Of a DNA stretch of 64,000 nt, positions 47,804-59,034 are shown piece by piece. The DNA is from a bacterium (GTDB lineage: Bacteria; UBA8248). Below the pieces are notes generated by a model. It had not been told where the DNA came from and did no database searches. It saw only the letters and a program-made list of their open reading frames with translations. A program made the translations under genes and the position numbers. Position 1 is the first letter of the stretch, and every line of letters begins with the position of its first letter. The stretch is from the NCBI GenBank assembly GCA_965207065.1, contig OZ242260.1:2112001-2176000 (forward strand), read 5' to 3'.

Positions 47804-48178
47804 TCACGATTTAAGCGATTGGACGGCGCTTCCCGTCGGATGGCCGTCGCGCTGCCACCAGTCGAGCCCGCCCATGAGTTCCTTCACCCGAAAGCCCAGC
47901 CGCGTCATGTTGAGCGCACCCTTGGTCGAGGCGTTGCAGCCGATGCCGTCGCAGTAGGTGACGATGAGGGCCTCCCCCTCGAGATGCGCGGTGGTCTCGG
48001 GGTTCATCTGCCGGTGCGGGATGTTGATCGCGCCCGGGATGTGCTCTTGCTCATACGCCTCGGGCGAGCGCGCATCGATAACGACGACGTTTTCGCCTTG
48101 TTCCATCGCGACTTTCAGGTCCCACGAATCGGTTTCATAGGCCAGTTTGTTGGCGTAGTGGTCGAGCTGTTGGTTCAT
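47804..48178 (-). CDS. Rhodanese-like domain protein
   Basis: IDARS, HIPGAINIP, TYCDGIGCNAST, LMGGLDWW. Confidence 0.92.
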   Translation of the reverse strand: MNQQLDHYANKLAYETDSWDLKVAMEQGENVVVIDARSPEAYEQEHIPGAINIPHRQMNPETTAHLEGEALIVTYCDGIGCNASTKGALNMTRLGFRVKELMGGLDWWQRDGHPTGSAVQSLKS

Positions 48179-48233
48179 TGCAGATCCTTAAATTTATGCG
48201 TTCATCATATTTGTGGGGCAGCCCCATACGCCC

Positions 48234-49334
48234 CTACTCGTGCACGACGACGCTGCGGGCCACCTCGCCGTTTAAGAGCGCGTCGTAGGCCTCGTTGATC
48301 TGCTCGATGGGCCACACCTTGGTGAGCAGGTCGTCTAAGTTCAGCTTGCCGGCCATGTAGAGGTCGATGAGCCGGGGCACGAAGATGCGCGGGTTGGACG
48401 AGCCGTACAGGGAGCCGATGAGGCGCTTTTCCTCCGTCACGAGGGAGACGGGGGGGATCGAGACCCTCGATTTCACGTCCGCGATGCCCACGATGACGGC
48501 CGTGCCGCCCGTGCGCACGCTCTCGAACGCGGTGGACATCACCTCGGGCACGCCGATGAGCTCGAAGGCGTAGTGCGCGCCCTTGCCGTCGGTGAGCGCG
48601 CGGATGGCCTCCACTGCGTCCTCGTCCGAGGAGTTCACCGTGTGCGTCGCGCCGAATTTCTTCGCCATCTCGAGCTTGTTCTGCATCAGGTCGACCGCGA
48701 TGATGGGCTCCGCCCCGATGAGGGCCGCCCCCTGCACCGCGTTCAGCCCCACGCCGCCCGCGCCGAACACGGCCACGCTCTCGCCCGGTCGCACCTGCGC
48801 GCCGTTCACCACCGCGCCCACGCCCGTGATGACCGCGCAGCTCACCACCGCCGCTTTTTCGAGTGACATGTCTTCTCGAATCTTCATGACCGATTTCTCG
48901 GACATCACCGAGTGGGAGCTGAACGTGGAGACGCCGAGGAAGTGGTGCACCCGCTCGCCGTTGATCGAGAAGCGCGTCGTGCCGTCCGAGAGCGTGCCGT
49001 CGGCCCGCATGCGGATGCCCTCGCCGCAGATGGCGGGCCGTCCCGCGAGGCAGAGATCGCACGCGCCGCAGCTGTAGCGCCAGACGGTGACCACGTGATC
49101 GCCGGGCTTCACCGACGTCACGCCGGGTCCCACCTCTTCCACGACGCCTGCGCCCTCGTGTCCCATGATGATGGGCGTGGGCACCGGGAACAAACCCGCG
49201 ATGGCGTGGTGGTCGCTGTGGCAGACGCCGCCCGCGCGGTAGTGCACGAGCACCTCTCCCTCCTTGGGCGGTTCCACCTCGATGGGTTCGATGGTCATCG
49301 GTTTGCCGACTTCGTGGAAGATGGCTGCTTTCAT
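48234..49334 (-). CDS. Zn-dependent alcohol dehydrogenase (class III-like)
   Basis: GVCHSD, GHEGAG, CxxCxxC...C structural Zn site, GAGGVG; start 49334 or 49340. Confidence 0.93.
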   Translation of the reverse strand: MKAAIFHEVGKPMTIEPIEVEPPKEGEVLVHYRAGGVCHSDHHAIAGLFPVPTPIIMGHEGAGVVEEVGPGVTSVKPGDHVVTVWRYSCGACDLCLAGRPAICGEGIRMRADGTLSDGTTRFSINGERVHHFLGVSTFSSHSVMSEKSVMKIREDMSLEKAAVVSCAVITGVGAVVNGAQVRPGESVAVFGAGGVGLNAVQGAALIGAEPIIAVDLMQNKLEMAKKFGATHTVNSSDEDAVEAIRALTDGKGAHYAFELIGVPEVMSTAFESVRTGGTAVIVGIADVKSRVSIPPVSLVTEEKRLIGSLYGSSNPRIFVPRLIDLYMAGKLNLDDLLTKVWPIEQINEAYDALLNGEVARSVVVHE

Positions 49335-49497
49335 GGGCACGCTCCTCGGTCGATGGGTAGGCGCGAGGTTCTGTGAACCCCGACCGTATTCTGTGATTTT
49401 TCGTATTCATACCCGAAAACGGGGGGAATTGCACACGCCGGTTCTCTTTGGGCGTTGCAAGTCGGGGAGCATCCGTATATGCTCTTGGGAGATAGTT

Positions 49498-49583
49498 CCT
49501 GCTAGGGGTGTATGTGCTGAGAGCCTGGAATCGCGGGCAACCCTTGGAACCTGCACTGGGTAATTCCAGCGAAGGGAAGCGGG
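49498..49583 (+). promoter_or_regulatory. TPP riboswitch
   Basis: GGGG...GCTGAGA...ACCCTTGGAACCTG..CTGGGTAATTCCAGCGAAGGGAAGC, directly upstream of thiS-thiG. Confidence 0.93.
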
Positions 49584-49603
49584 CCAAAGAATCCGGGTAT
49601 TTT

Positions 49604-49634
49604 GGCCGCTCCCGTATCGCGGGGCGGCTTTTTT
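49604..49634 (+). terminator. Riboswitch-controlled intrinsic terminator
   Basis: GGCCGCTCC-N8-GGGGCGGCT followed by TTTTT. Confidence 0.8.
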
Positions 49635-49688
49635 GATGGGACGTATCTTGATGGAGAAGTTTCGGGTGTCGCATGAGGAGATGAGTTC

Positions 49689-49889
49689 TTGCAAGTCCGG
49701 GTGAACGGAGAGGACAGGGAGCTTACAGAGGGCGTGAGCGTCGCCGCTCTTCTGGAGTCCATGGAGCTTGGGGTGAACGGCATCGCCGTGGCGCTCAACA
49801 TGGAGATTGTCCGCCGGGGCGAATACGGGGACACGCAGTTATCCGATGGGGATGAGGTCGAGATCGTCCGCGCCGTGGGCGGGGGCTGA
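49689..49889 (+). CDS. thiS: Sulfur carrier protein ThiS
   Basis: VNGE, IAVALN, DGDEVEIVRAVGGG; TTG start after GAGGAG. Confidence 0.96.
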   Translation: MQVRVNGEDRELTEGVSVAALLESMELGVNGIAVALNMEIVRRGEYGDTQLSDGDEVEIVRAVGGG

Positions 49890-49940
49890 TCGTATATGAT
49901 AACGGGCGCGGCCATGGAGCCTGCGCCGGGAGGGGGTGTG

Positions 49941-50714
49941 ATGAGCACGTATGAGATCGGGGGCAGAACTTTTACTTCCCGCCTATTGGTGGGTTCGGGC
50001 AAATATCCGAGTTTCGCCGTGATGCGCGATTCACTCGAGGCGAGCGGGACGGAGATCGTCACTGTCGCCGTGCGCCGCGTGGACCTGGAAGATGATTCCT
50101 CGGAGGGTTTCTGGGCGCATTTCGATAAGGAAAAATATACGATGCTGCCCAACACGGCGGGCTGCTACGACGTGAAGAGCGCGGTGACGACGGCGCGGCT
50201 CGCTCGCGAGGTCACCGGATCCGACTTCGTGAAGGTCGAGGTCATCGGCGATGAGGACACGCTCTTCCCCGACAACGAGGGCCTACTCGAGGCGTGCCGG
50301 ATCCTGCTGGATGACGGCTTCATCGTCCTGCCCTACTGCATCGACGACCCGGTCATCTGCAAGAAGCTGGAGCAAATGGGCTGCCACGCAGTCATGCCGC
50401 TGGCCGCGCCGATAGGCTCTGGCTTAGGAATACGGAATCCCTACAACCTCAGGATAATCCTCGAGCAGATATCGGTTCCCGTCATCGTGGATGCGGGCGT
50501 GGGCACGGCTTCGGACGCCGCGGTGGCGATGGAGCTCGGCGCGGCCGCCGTCCTGATGCAGACGGCCATCGCGGGCGCGGACGATCCGGTGAAGATGGCG
50601 CGCGCCATGAACCTCGCCGTCGAGTCGGGCAGGCTCGCGTATGAGGCCGGGCGCATCCCCATGAAGCTCTACGCCACGGCGTCGAGTCCGCTGGCCGGCG
50701 TCATCGGCTCCTGA
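49941..50714 (+). CDS. thiG: Thiazole synthase
   Basis: [53 protein letters not shown]. Confidence 0.97.
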   Translation: MSTYEIGGRTFTSRLLVGSGKYPSFAVMRDSLEASGTEIVTVAVRRVDLEDDSSEGFWAHFDKEKYTMLPNTAGCYDVKSAVTTARLAREVTGSDFVKVEVIGDEDTLFPDNEGLLEACRILLDDGFIVLPYCIDDPVICKKLEQMGCHAVMPLAAPIGSGLGIRNPYNLRIILEQISVPVIVDAGVGTASDAAVAMELGAAAVLMQTAIAGADDPVKMARAMNLAVESGRLAYEAGRIPMKLYATASSPLAGVIGS

Positions 50715-50732
50715 GCCGCTTTCGGCGAGATT

Positions 50733-51359
50733 TTGGAATCATCGGCGTTCGACCCGCTCTACCTCATCACGGACAGGAACGCTGCCCCGTCTGGCGACTT
50801 CCTGAGCGCGCTGGAAGCCGCCCTCTCGGGCGGGGTGCGCTTCGTTCAGTTCCGCGAAAAGGATCTGCCTGTTGATGAGCGCCTGAAGCTGGGGCGGGAA
50901 GTCACCTCCCTCGCGAATGAACACGGCGCATGCCTGATTGTGAACGGCGATATTGACTTGGCTGATGCCCTGGAAGCTGACGGCGTGCACCTCGGCAAGG
51001 GCACGGTGAGCGTCTCTGCGTTGCGCGCGGGAGGCTATAAGGGCCTCATCGGCTATTCCGCCCATTCGGGAGAAGAAGCGGCGCGCGCATTCTCAGAAGG
51101 CGCGGATTTCGTCACGCTGAGTCCCGTATTTCCCACCAACAGCAAATTCTCAGCCGGCCCCGTCCTTGGTCTCGATAAGTTCGAGCGTGAACTCGCAATT
51201 GCGAACGGCCGCGTCTACGCACTGGGCGGCGTGGGGGCTGAGAACGCTTCATCGTGTATCGAGAGAGGCGCGCACGGAGTCGGCCTCATCGGCGCGATCC
51301 TGGCGGCCGACGACCCTGCTCACGCGGCGCGGGAGGTGCGCGCGGCGCTCACTGTTTGA
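50733..51359 (+). CDS. thiE: Thiamine phosphate synthase / TenI family protein
   Basis: YLITDR, VQFREK, DGVHLG, SAHS, SPVFPT, YALGG; in the thi operon. Confidence 0.8.
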   Translation: MESSAFDPLYLITDRNAAPSGDFLSALEAALSGGVRFVQFREKDLPVDERLKLGREVTSLANEHGACLIVNGDIDLADALEADGVHLGKGTVSVSALRAGGYKGLIGYSAHSGEEAARAFSEGADFVTLSPVFPTNSKFSAGPVLGLDKFERELAIANGRVYALGGVGAENASSCIERGAHGVGLIGAILAADDPAHAAREVRAALTV

Positions 51360-51471
51360 TCCGTCCTGTTGCTTTCCCCGCACGGCTACTTGAGAAATCC
51401 GCGCGAATATCCAACAATAGCGAACATCGCCATCGATATGATTTCACCTGACCGAGCCGGGAGGTATTCTC

Positions 51472-53427
<1,956 letters not shown>

Positions 53428-53459
53428 GCGCGCGAGATAGTAGCGCAATAGAATTACTT

Positions 53460-53543
53460 GTAGGTGGCGACCCCTCATCGGGGTCGCCCCTCACATGTTA
53501 TGCGTCCCTTGCAGCACGTAGGGACAACCCCCCGTGGTTGTCC
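53460..53543 (+). repeat. Two GTAG-type REP-like hairpins
   Basis: GTAGGT-GGCGACCCC-N5-GGGGTCGCC and GTAG-GGACAACC-N6-GGTTGTCC. Confidence 0.7.
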
Positions 53544-53687
53544 GTCATTACTTCCATCCGCCGGGCGAGGGTTCCTCCGGGAGTGCCCGGCGATTTGGCG
53601 GCGCGCGCGGGGAGGTGGTATCTTGGCTGTGCGCGAGGATGTTTAAAGACCCATCTGAATTTCTAATCTGAAAAGGTGGGGCAAGAG

Positions 53688-53978
53688 ATGACCGATTACC
53701 AATTCTACATGTTGCTGGCCACGTCCGCCGGGCCCGTCGTGGCGCTCGGCGTCGGCGGCGCGCAATGCCTGCTGATCTTCAGCGGACTCCGGCAGATGCA
53801 GGCGGCCTCACGCGCGCGGGAGCAGTTGCACGCAGAAACCATGACGGCCATGGAATCGCGGCACGCGGAAACGATGGCGGCTCACACGGAAACGATGGCG
53901 GCATTGGAAAGGCGACATGCCGAAAACATGGCCGCGCTGAAAGAGCTCATCCGCCGTACGGGAAACGGGATCGAGTAA
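53688..53978 (+). CDS. Small membrane-anchored protein with HAETMxA repeats
   Basis: N-terminal hydrophobic helix followed by four H(A/T)E(T/N)MxA units. Confidence 0.65.
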   Translation: MTDYQFYMLLATSAGPVVALGVGGAQCLLIFSGLRQMQAASRAREQLHAETMTAMESRHAETMAAHTETMAALERRHAENMAALKELIRRTGNGIE

Positions 53979-54028
53979 TTGCGCCGCAAGGGTGCGTGAT
54001 TTCGAAGCGTAATACGTTGCCTGTCCCT

Positions 54029-55741
54029 TCACTCCGCCTTTTCGAGCATCTCTCGCGCGTGCTCTCTCGCGGCGTCGGTGATCTCCAGCCCCGTTCCCAT
54101 GCGGGCGATCTCCTCCACGCGCTCATCGTCATAGAGAAGTTCGACGCGCGTCTGCGTGCGATCGCCTTCGACGTGCTTTTCCACCCGGAAGTGCCGATTA
54201 CCCAGGCTCGCGACCTGGGGCAGGTGGGTGACGACGAGCACCTGATGGCTCGCCGACACACCTTTGAGCTTTCTTCCCACCACCTCGGCCACGGCCCCGC
54301 CGACCCCTGCGTCCACCTCGTCGAAGATGAGGGTGGGGATCAGGTCGGCGCGCCTCAGGACGGATTCCAGGGCCAGCATCAGCCGCGATAGCTCGCCGCC
54401 CGAGGCGACCCGGCTCAAAGACCTTGGCGGCTCACCGGGGTTGGGCGAGAAATGAAATTGCGCGCGGTCGACGCCGTCGGCGCGAACGGCCACCGCGCGC
54501 CCGTCCATTTTGATAAAGCCCTCGGGGTCTTCTGTGTGCGTGATGAGCGTTTCGAATTTCGCGCCGGTAAGACTCAATTCACCCAACGCCTCTTCCATAC
54601 GCGCATCGAGGTCTTGGGCGGCGCGCGCCCTTTTCTCGGACAGCGCGAGGGCGGATTTTGCGAGGTCGGTCCGGAGCGAATCACGCTCCGCCATGAGGCG
54701 CGCCTCGGTTCCCTCCTCATCTGAAATCGCGGCGAGTTGCTCGCGGCTTTCCTCGAGATACGCGAGGCATTCCGTCTCATCGCTCCCGTATTTCCTGATC
54801 ATCTCGCGTATCAGCGCGCGCCTGGCCTCCAGGGTTTCGAGGCGCTCGGGGTCGTGCTCGATACCTTCCGCGTAGTCGCGAAGCGAATCGGCGAGGCTCT
54901 CAAGCTGCGCCTGAGCGGATGCGGCTTCCTCGGAAAGAGAACCCAGGGATTCATCAAGATTCGCCATGCCATCGAGTTCGCGCTGTATTTCACCCGTTTT
55001 CTCGACTACCGACCCTTCCGCCTCGTAGAGCCGCTCATAGAGCGAAGCGGCGCCCTCTATCAGGCGGCCCGCGTTTCTGAGCCTGGGCAATTCGGCCTCG
55101 ACCTCCACGAGTTCGCCAGCGCGCAGCGCGGCTTTTTCCAACTCTTCCACCTGAAAGCGCAGGAGGTCCGCCCTCTGGGCGCGCTCGCGCACGCCCTCTC
55201 TGTGCGCTCCTAGTCTTTCTTCGGCGGTTTTCAGATTGCGCACCATCTCGCCCAAGGCGGCACTTTCCCCGCTCGTTTGCGCGAAATCATCCAGAAGCCC
55301 CAGGTGGGATGCGGGGCGCAGGAGGCTTTGGTGCGCGTGCTGGCCGTGGATGTTTACGAGGCGCTCGCCCACACGGGAGAGCAGCGACGCCGTGCCCAGG
55401 ACGCCGTTCAAGTAAATGCGGCTTCTGCCGGTCTCCGCCACCCGTCGCCGCACGATGAGTTCGCCGCCCTCGATCTCCACGCCTGCGTCTTCGAGCAGGG
55501 AGCGGGCCGCAAGGCCGCCCGCGGTGTCGGGTATTTCGAAAAGCGATTCGACGATCGCCTCTTTCGCGCCCGCCCGAACGAGGTCACCGCCTGCGCGTGC
55601 GCCCAGGGTGAGGTTGAGAGCGCCAAAGATGATGGATTTTCCGGCGCCCGTCTCGCCCGTCAGGACGTTCAATCCCGGGCCGAAGGCGATTTCCAGGTCG
55701 TCGATGATGGCGAAATTCGTGATCTTGAGGAGGCGGAGCAT
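54029..55741 (-). CDS. recN: DNA repair protein RecN
   Basis: NFAIID, TGETGAGKS, IHGQH, ASGGELSR, FDEVDAGVGG, VTHLPQVA. Confidence 0.97.
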   Translation of the reverse strand: MLRLLKITNFAIIDDLEIAFGPGLNVLTGETGAGKSIIFGALNLTLGARAGGDLVRAGAKEAIVESLFEIPDTAGGLAARSLLEDAGVEIEGGELIVRRRVAETGRSRIYLNGVLGTASLLSRVGERLVNIHGQHAHQSLLRPASHLGLLDDFAQTSGESAALGEMVRNLKTAEERLGAHREGVRERAQRADLLRFQVEELEKAALRAGELVEVEAELPRLRNAGRLIEGAASLYERLYEAEGSVVEKTGEIQRELDGMANLDESLGSLSEEAASAQAQLESLADSLRDYAEGIEHDPERLETLEARRALIREMIRKYGSDETECLAYLEESREQLAAISDEEGTEARLMAERDSLRTDLAKSALALSEKRARAAQDLDARMEEALGELSLTGAKFETLITHTEDPEGFIKMDGRAVAVRADGVDRAQFHFSPNPGEPPRSLSRVASGGELSRLMLALESVLRRADLIPTLIFDEVDAGVGGAVAEVVGRKLKGVSASHQVLVVTHLPQVASLGNRHFRVEKHVEGDRTQTRVELLYDDERVEEIARMGTGLEITDAAREHAREMLEKAE

Positions 55742-55748
55742 CGGGGTT

Positions 55749-56654
55749 TTAAGTTTTCCGCCCGCCACGCGGGTGGGTCTCCCACAGGAGTTTCTCCCGC
55801 AGGGTTTCGAAGAAATCCGCCCCCTTGGGCCTGATGATCCGCACGGGGGTCCGGCTTTTCCTGATTTTCACCGAATCGCCGGCTTCGAGTTCGCACCCGG
55901 GAAAGCCGTCGAGCGTGAGTAGAACCTCTCGGCCCTCCGCTTCGGTATCCGGGAAGATGGTGATTTCCAGATCCGCCTCGGCGGGGACGACGATGGGCCG
56001 GTTGCTGAGCGTGTGCGGGCATATCGGGTTGATGAGCATCACGTTCAGATCGGGCAGCACGAGCGGCCCGCCCGCGGAGAGCGAATAGGCCGTGGAGCCC
56101 GTCGGCGTGGCGACGATGAGCCCGTCCGCCCGGAAATAGCCCAGATGCCGGCCTTCCAACTGAACCTCGTATTCGACCATGCGCGCCAGTGGCCCGGTGG
56201 TGAGCACGATGTCGTTCAGCGAATCGGACAGCGCGGGCGGCGCACCCCCGTTTTTCCGCACCGAAGCGCCGAGCCGCATGCGCGATTCGGTGGAAAACTC
56301 CTTTTTTACCAGAATCCTCTCGAGCGCGGGGTAGAGCTCGGCCTGGGGAATGTCGGCCAGAAAGCCCAGATGCCCGGTGTTGATGCCCAAAAGCAGGGGG
56401 GATTCCTCCCCGATGTTGTGAGCGGTACGCAGCATGGAGCCGTCGCCGCCGAAGACGATGACCAGATCGGCGCGCCTGACGACTTCTTCGCGGGGCAGCC
56501 CGGTCTCCTCTCCCGCCATCCGGGCCGTATCCATGTCGAGGTGAACCTCGAAGCCCCTTCCTTTCAGCCAGGCGGTAAGGCCGGTGAAGTCGAGTGGGCT
56601 TTTTTGCGCTTCCGACCATGCCGTCAGTGCGATGTTTTCGATGTTCGTCGCCAC
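55749..56654 (-). CDS. nadK: NAD kinase
   Basis: GGDGSML, GINTGHLGFL, LND, DGLIVATPTGSTAYSLSAGGP; GTG start at 56654. Confidence 0.96.
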   Translation of the reverse strand: MATNIENIALTAWSEAQKSPLDFTGLTAWLKGRGFEVHLDMDTARMAGEETGLPREEVVRRADLVIVFGGDGSMLRTAHNIGEESPLLLGINTGHLGFLADIPQAELYPALERILVKKEFSTESRMRLGASVRKNGGAPPALSDSLNDIVLTTGPLARMVEYEVQLEGRHLGYFRADGLIVATPTGSTAYSLSAGGPLVLPDLNVMLINPICPHTLSNRPIVVPAEADLEITIFPDTEAEGREVLLTLDGFPGCELEAGDSVKIRKSRTPVRIIRPKGADFFETLREKLLWETHPRGGRKT

Positions 56655-56727
56655 GTGATGGATCTCCCGAATCAGTGTCGGTGGCAAGGTATCCCAGGGT
56701 CTGCGCCCCGGCAACCGCCCCCGCCGC

Positions 56728-57645
56728 TCATCCGCGCGCCTGCAACGCGGCGTCTTTTCTCCGCCTGGGCAGACGCCTCCAGTAGCGGCAGGCGTCCTGC
56801 AGGGGACAGCCCGCGCAGAGTTTTACGTTTCGCTTGCTCGGGCAATGCTTGAGGATGCCCATCCTTGAGATGGCGAAATCGTAGCGCACCGGGTCGTCCG
56901 GGTCGATGCGCTTCAGGTTTCCGGTGATCTCGAGCGCCATCTTGAGGTCCGGCGTTTTTCTGTCGGTGAGTCCCAAAAGGCGCCCGATGCGCGCGATGTG
57001 GGTGTCGAGCGGTATGATGAGCTGGTGCGTTTTCGGTCCTTTCCACAACCCCAGGTCCAGGCCGTCGTCGGGCCGCACCATCCACCGGAGGAACAGGTGG
57101 AGCCGCTTGCACGCGCTGCCGCTCGCAGGATCCGGCAGGAGGTAGGAAATGCCGCGCTCGACCTTTGCGTTCGCTGACGACGCCGGGAGGGAGCGAAGCA
57201 GGCGGTCCCTGAATCTTTTGAGCGCCCCCTGGAGGGTTTCCTCATCTGCGCGGTAGCCCTGGAGAAACAATGCTTCGAGAGAACCCTCCCTCCTGAGCGC
57301 GGCCCCGATCGCCTGGGCGAAGAAACTGATGGCCTCCGGCCCCACCCACCGGTGGTAGAGGCCCTCGAAGAGACGGGCGCTTTCTTCGGGAGAGCAGCGG
57401 CGCAGCGCGGCGGCCGGCCGTGGGCCGAGCCGCTCCATGATGCGCTTTACGCTCATCCGTATGGCGGCGGCGTTGCCGAATGCGAGCGATGCGCTCAGGA
57501 ACGCCGCGACCTCGCGGTCCCGCGCGCCCCGGTAGGCATGCGCGATTCCGAGCGGGTCGGTGGCGAGATAGGCGTCGTGATAGGTGCGGGCGAGCGCGTC
57601 GAGCTTCTCCTTGAGAAGTGGCACGTCTGCGTTTCTGAGGGCCAC
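56728..57645 (-). CDS. TIGR02757-family protein with a C-terminal Cys cluster
   Basis: DREV, SACKRLHLFLRWMVR, IPLDTH, DPVRYDFAI, C-x8-C-x2-C-x5-C. Confidence 0.88.
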   Translation of the reverse strand: MALRNADVPLLKEKLDALARTYHDAYLATDPLGIAHAYRGARDREVAAFLSASLAFGNAAAIRMSVKRIMERLGPRPAAALRRCSPEESARLFEGLYHRWVGPEAISFFAQAIGAALRREGSLEALFLQGYRADEETLQGALKRFRDRLLRSLPASSANAKVERGISYLLPDPASGSACKRLHLFLRWMVRPDDGLDLGLWKGPKTHQLIIPLDTHIARIGRLLGLTDRKTPDLKMALEITGNLKRIDPDDPVRYDFAISRMGILKHCPSKRNVKLCAGCPLQDACRYWRRLPRRRKDAALQARG

Positions 57646-58094
57646 TAGAACGCACCCCTCGAGTCGAGGAGCAGGGTGACGGGGCCGTCGTTCACGAGCG
57701 ATACCTCCATCATCGCGCCGAATCGGCCCGCCGCGACGCGGAGCCCGAGTTTTTCGACCTGCGCGACGAACCGTTCATAGAGAGGCTCCGCCTGCTCGGG
57801 CGGAGCCGCGGCGATGAAGGCGGGGCGCCTCCCTTTTCGGCAGTCGCCGTGCAGGGTGAACTGGCTGACGACGAGCATCGCTCCGCCCGAATCGAGAAGC
57901 GAGAGGTTCATCTTCTGCGCCTCATCGGCGAATATTCTCAGGTTCGATATCTTCTCGGCGAGAAAATCGGCGTCTTTCTCGTTATCCTCACGTCCGACCC
58001 CCAGAAAAACGAGGAGTCCGCCCCGGATTTCTCCCACGACATCGGAATCCACCCGGACGCAGGCCTCACGCACGCGCTGAACTACGGCTCTCAT
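57645..58094 (-). CDS. dtd: D-aminoacyl-tRNA deacylase
   Basis: [33 protein letters not shown]. Confidence 0.97.
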   Translation of the reverse strand: MRAVVQRVREACVRVDSDVVGEIRGGLLVFLGVGREDNEKDADFLAEKISNLRIFADEAQKMNLSLLDSGGAMLVVSQFTLHGDCRKGRRPAFIAAAPPEQAEPLYERFVAQVEKLGLRVAAGRFGAMMEVSLVNDGPVTLLLDSRGAF

Positions 58095-58384
58095 TCTTGC
58101 TTATCCCCGGCAGTCATTTCATTTTCTCCTTCTACCCCGAAACCGCTTTTGCAGGTGATGGTGTCCAGAGTATATGTCGAGACCATTGAAATTCAACGTT
58201 CTCGAACCCATGAGCTTGCAAGGAGGCGTTTCCATGCCAATGAGTGGCTTGCGCAGTTGAAAAGAAAAGGACAATATGCGAGAAATCTTCTGCGGCATAT
58301 TTCGCATGGTTCATTCAAATCTAGGTCCATACTGCATCATGTTCTTTGCCACAATGGGGGCGGCCATTGTCCAGCGCGGAAAAA

Positions 58385-58969
58385 TTGTCCAAAAAGAATG
58401 TGTTCACCACGTTCGAGGTGGCGGAAATCTGCGACGTCACGCCGGTCACGATTCAGAACTGGATAGACAAGGGCTGGCTGCGTGCTTACCGAACGCCCGG
58501 AGGCCATAGAAGGGTCAGAAAAGAGGCGCTCCTCGCTTTCCTGGAATCACGCGACATGCCCCACCCATTCCCGGAGAAGGGAGGCGTTCCCCGGGTGCTG
58601 ATCGTGAACGGCGACCTGGGGCTCGCCGACTCTCTCAAAGAAGCGCTCTCGCTCGAAGAGCCGGACTATGACATTGCGGTGGCGCACGACGGGTTTCGGG
58701 CCGGCGTTCTCTATTCCGCTGCGCATCCGGACGTAGTGATACTCGACCTGAATCATTCAAGCGTGGATGGTTATGAGGTGTGCCGTCAGATCAAGCAGGG
58801 TGAGGCCGGCGGCGAAACAGTCGTCCTGGCGCTCGGCGGCGTCGACGGGGACGAACGCAAGCGTATTCTGGAGGTGGGCGCAGCGCATTGCCTCCCGAAG
58901 CCGGTGGATGCCGTGGGTCTCAGGAACCTGGTGAAAGAGGTCATACTGAATCGCTGGAGGTCCGCTTAG
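58385..58969 (+). CDS. Response regulator with an N-terminal excisionase-like HTH
   Basis: FTTFEVAEIC...WIDKG.L.AYRTPGGHRR, then a receiver domain (PDVVILD, DGYEV, LPKP); start uncertain. Confidence 0.87.
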   Translation: MSKKNVFTTFEVAEICDVTPVTIQNWIDKGWLRAYRTPGGHRRVRKEALLAFLESRDMPHPFPEKGGVPRVLIVNGDLGLADSLKEALSLEEPDYDIAVAHDGFRAGVLYSAAHPDVVILDLNHSSVDGYEVCRQIKQGEAGGETVVLALGGVDGDERKRILEVGAAHCLPKPVDAVGLRNLVKEVILNRWRSA

Positions 58970-59034
58970 TCGCGCCTCGTAATTATCTTGGTGGTGCCGG
59001 GCGCATCGCCCGTATCGGGCGAGGAATTTTTCGG

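Noticed and set aside
48205-49674. 489-aa Arg-rich minus ORF
   Set aside because: Alternative frame over the alcohol dehydrogenase gene and the TPP riboswitch
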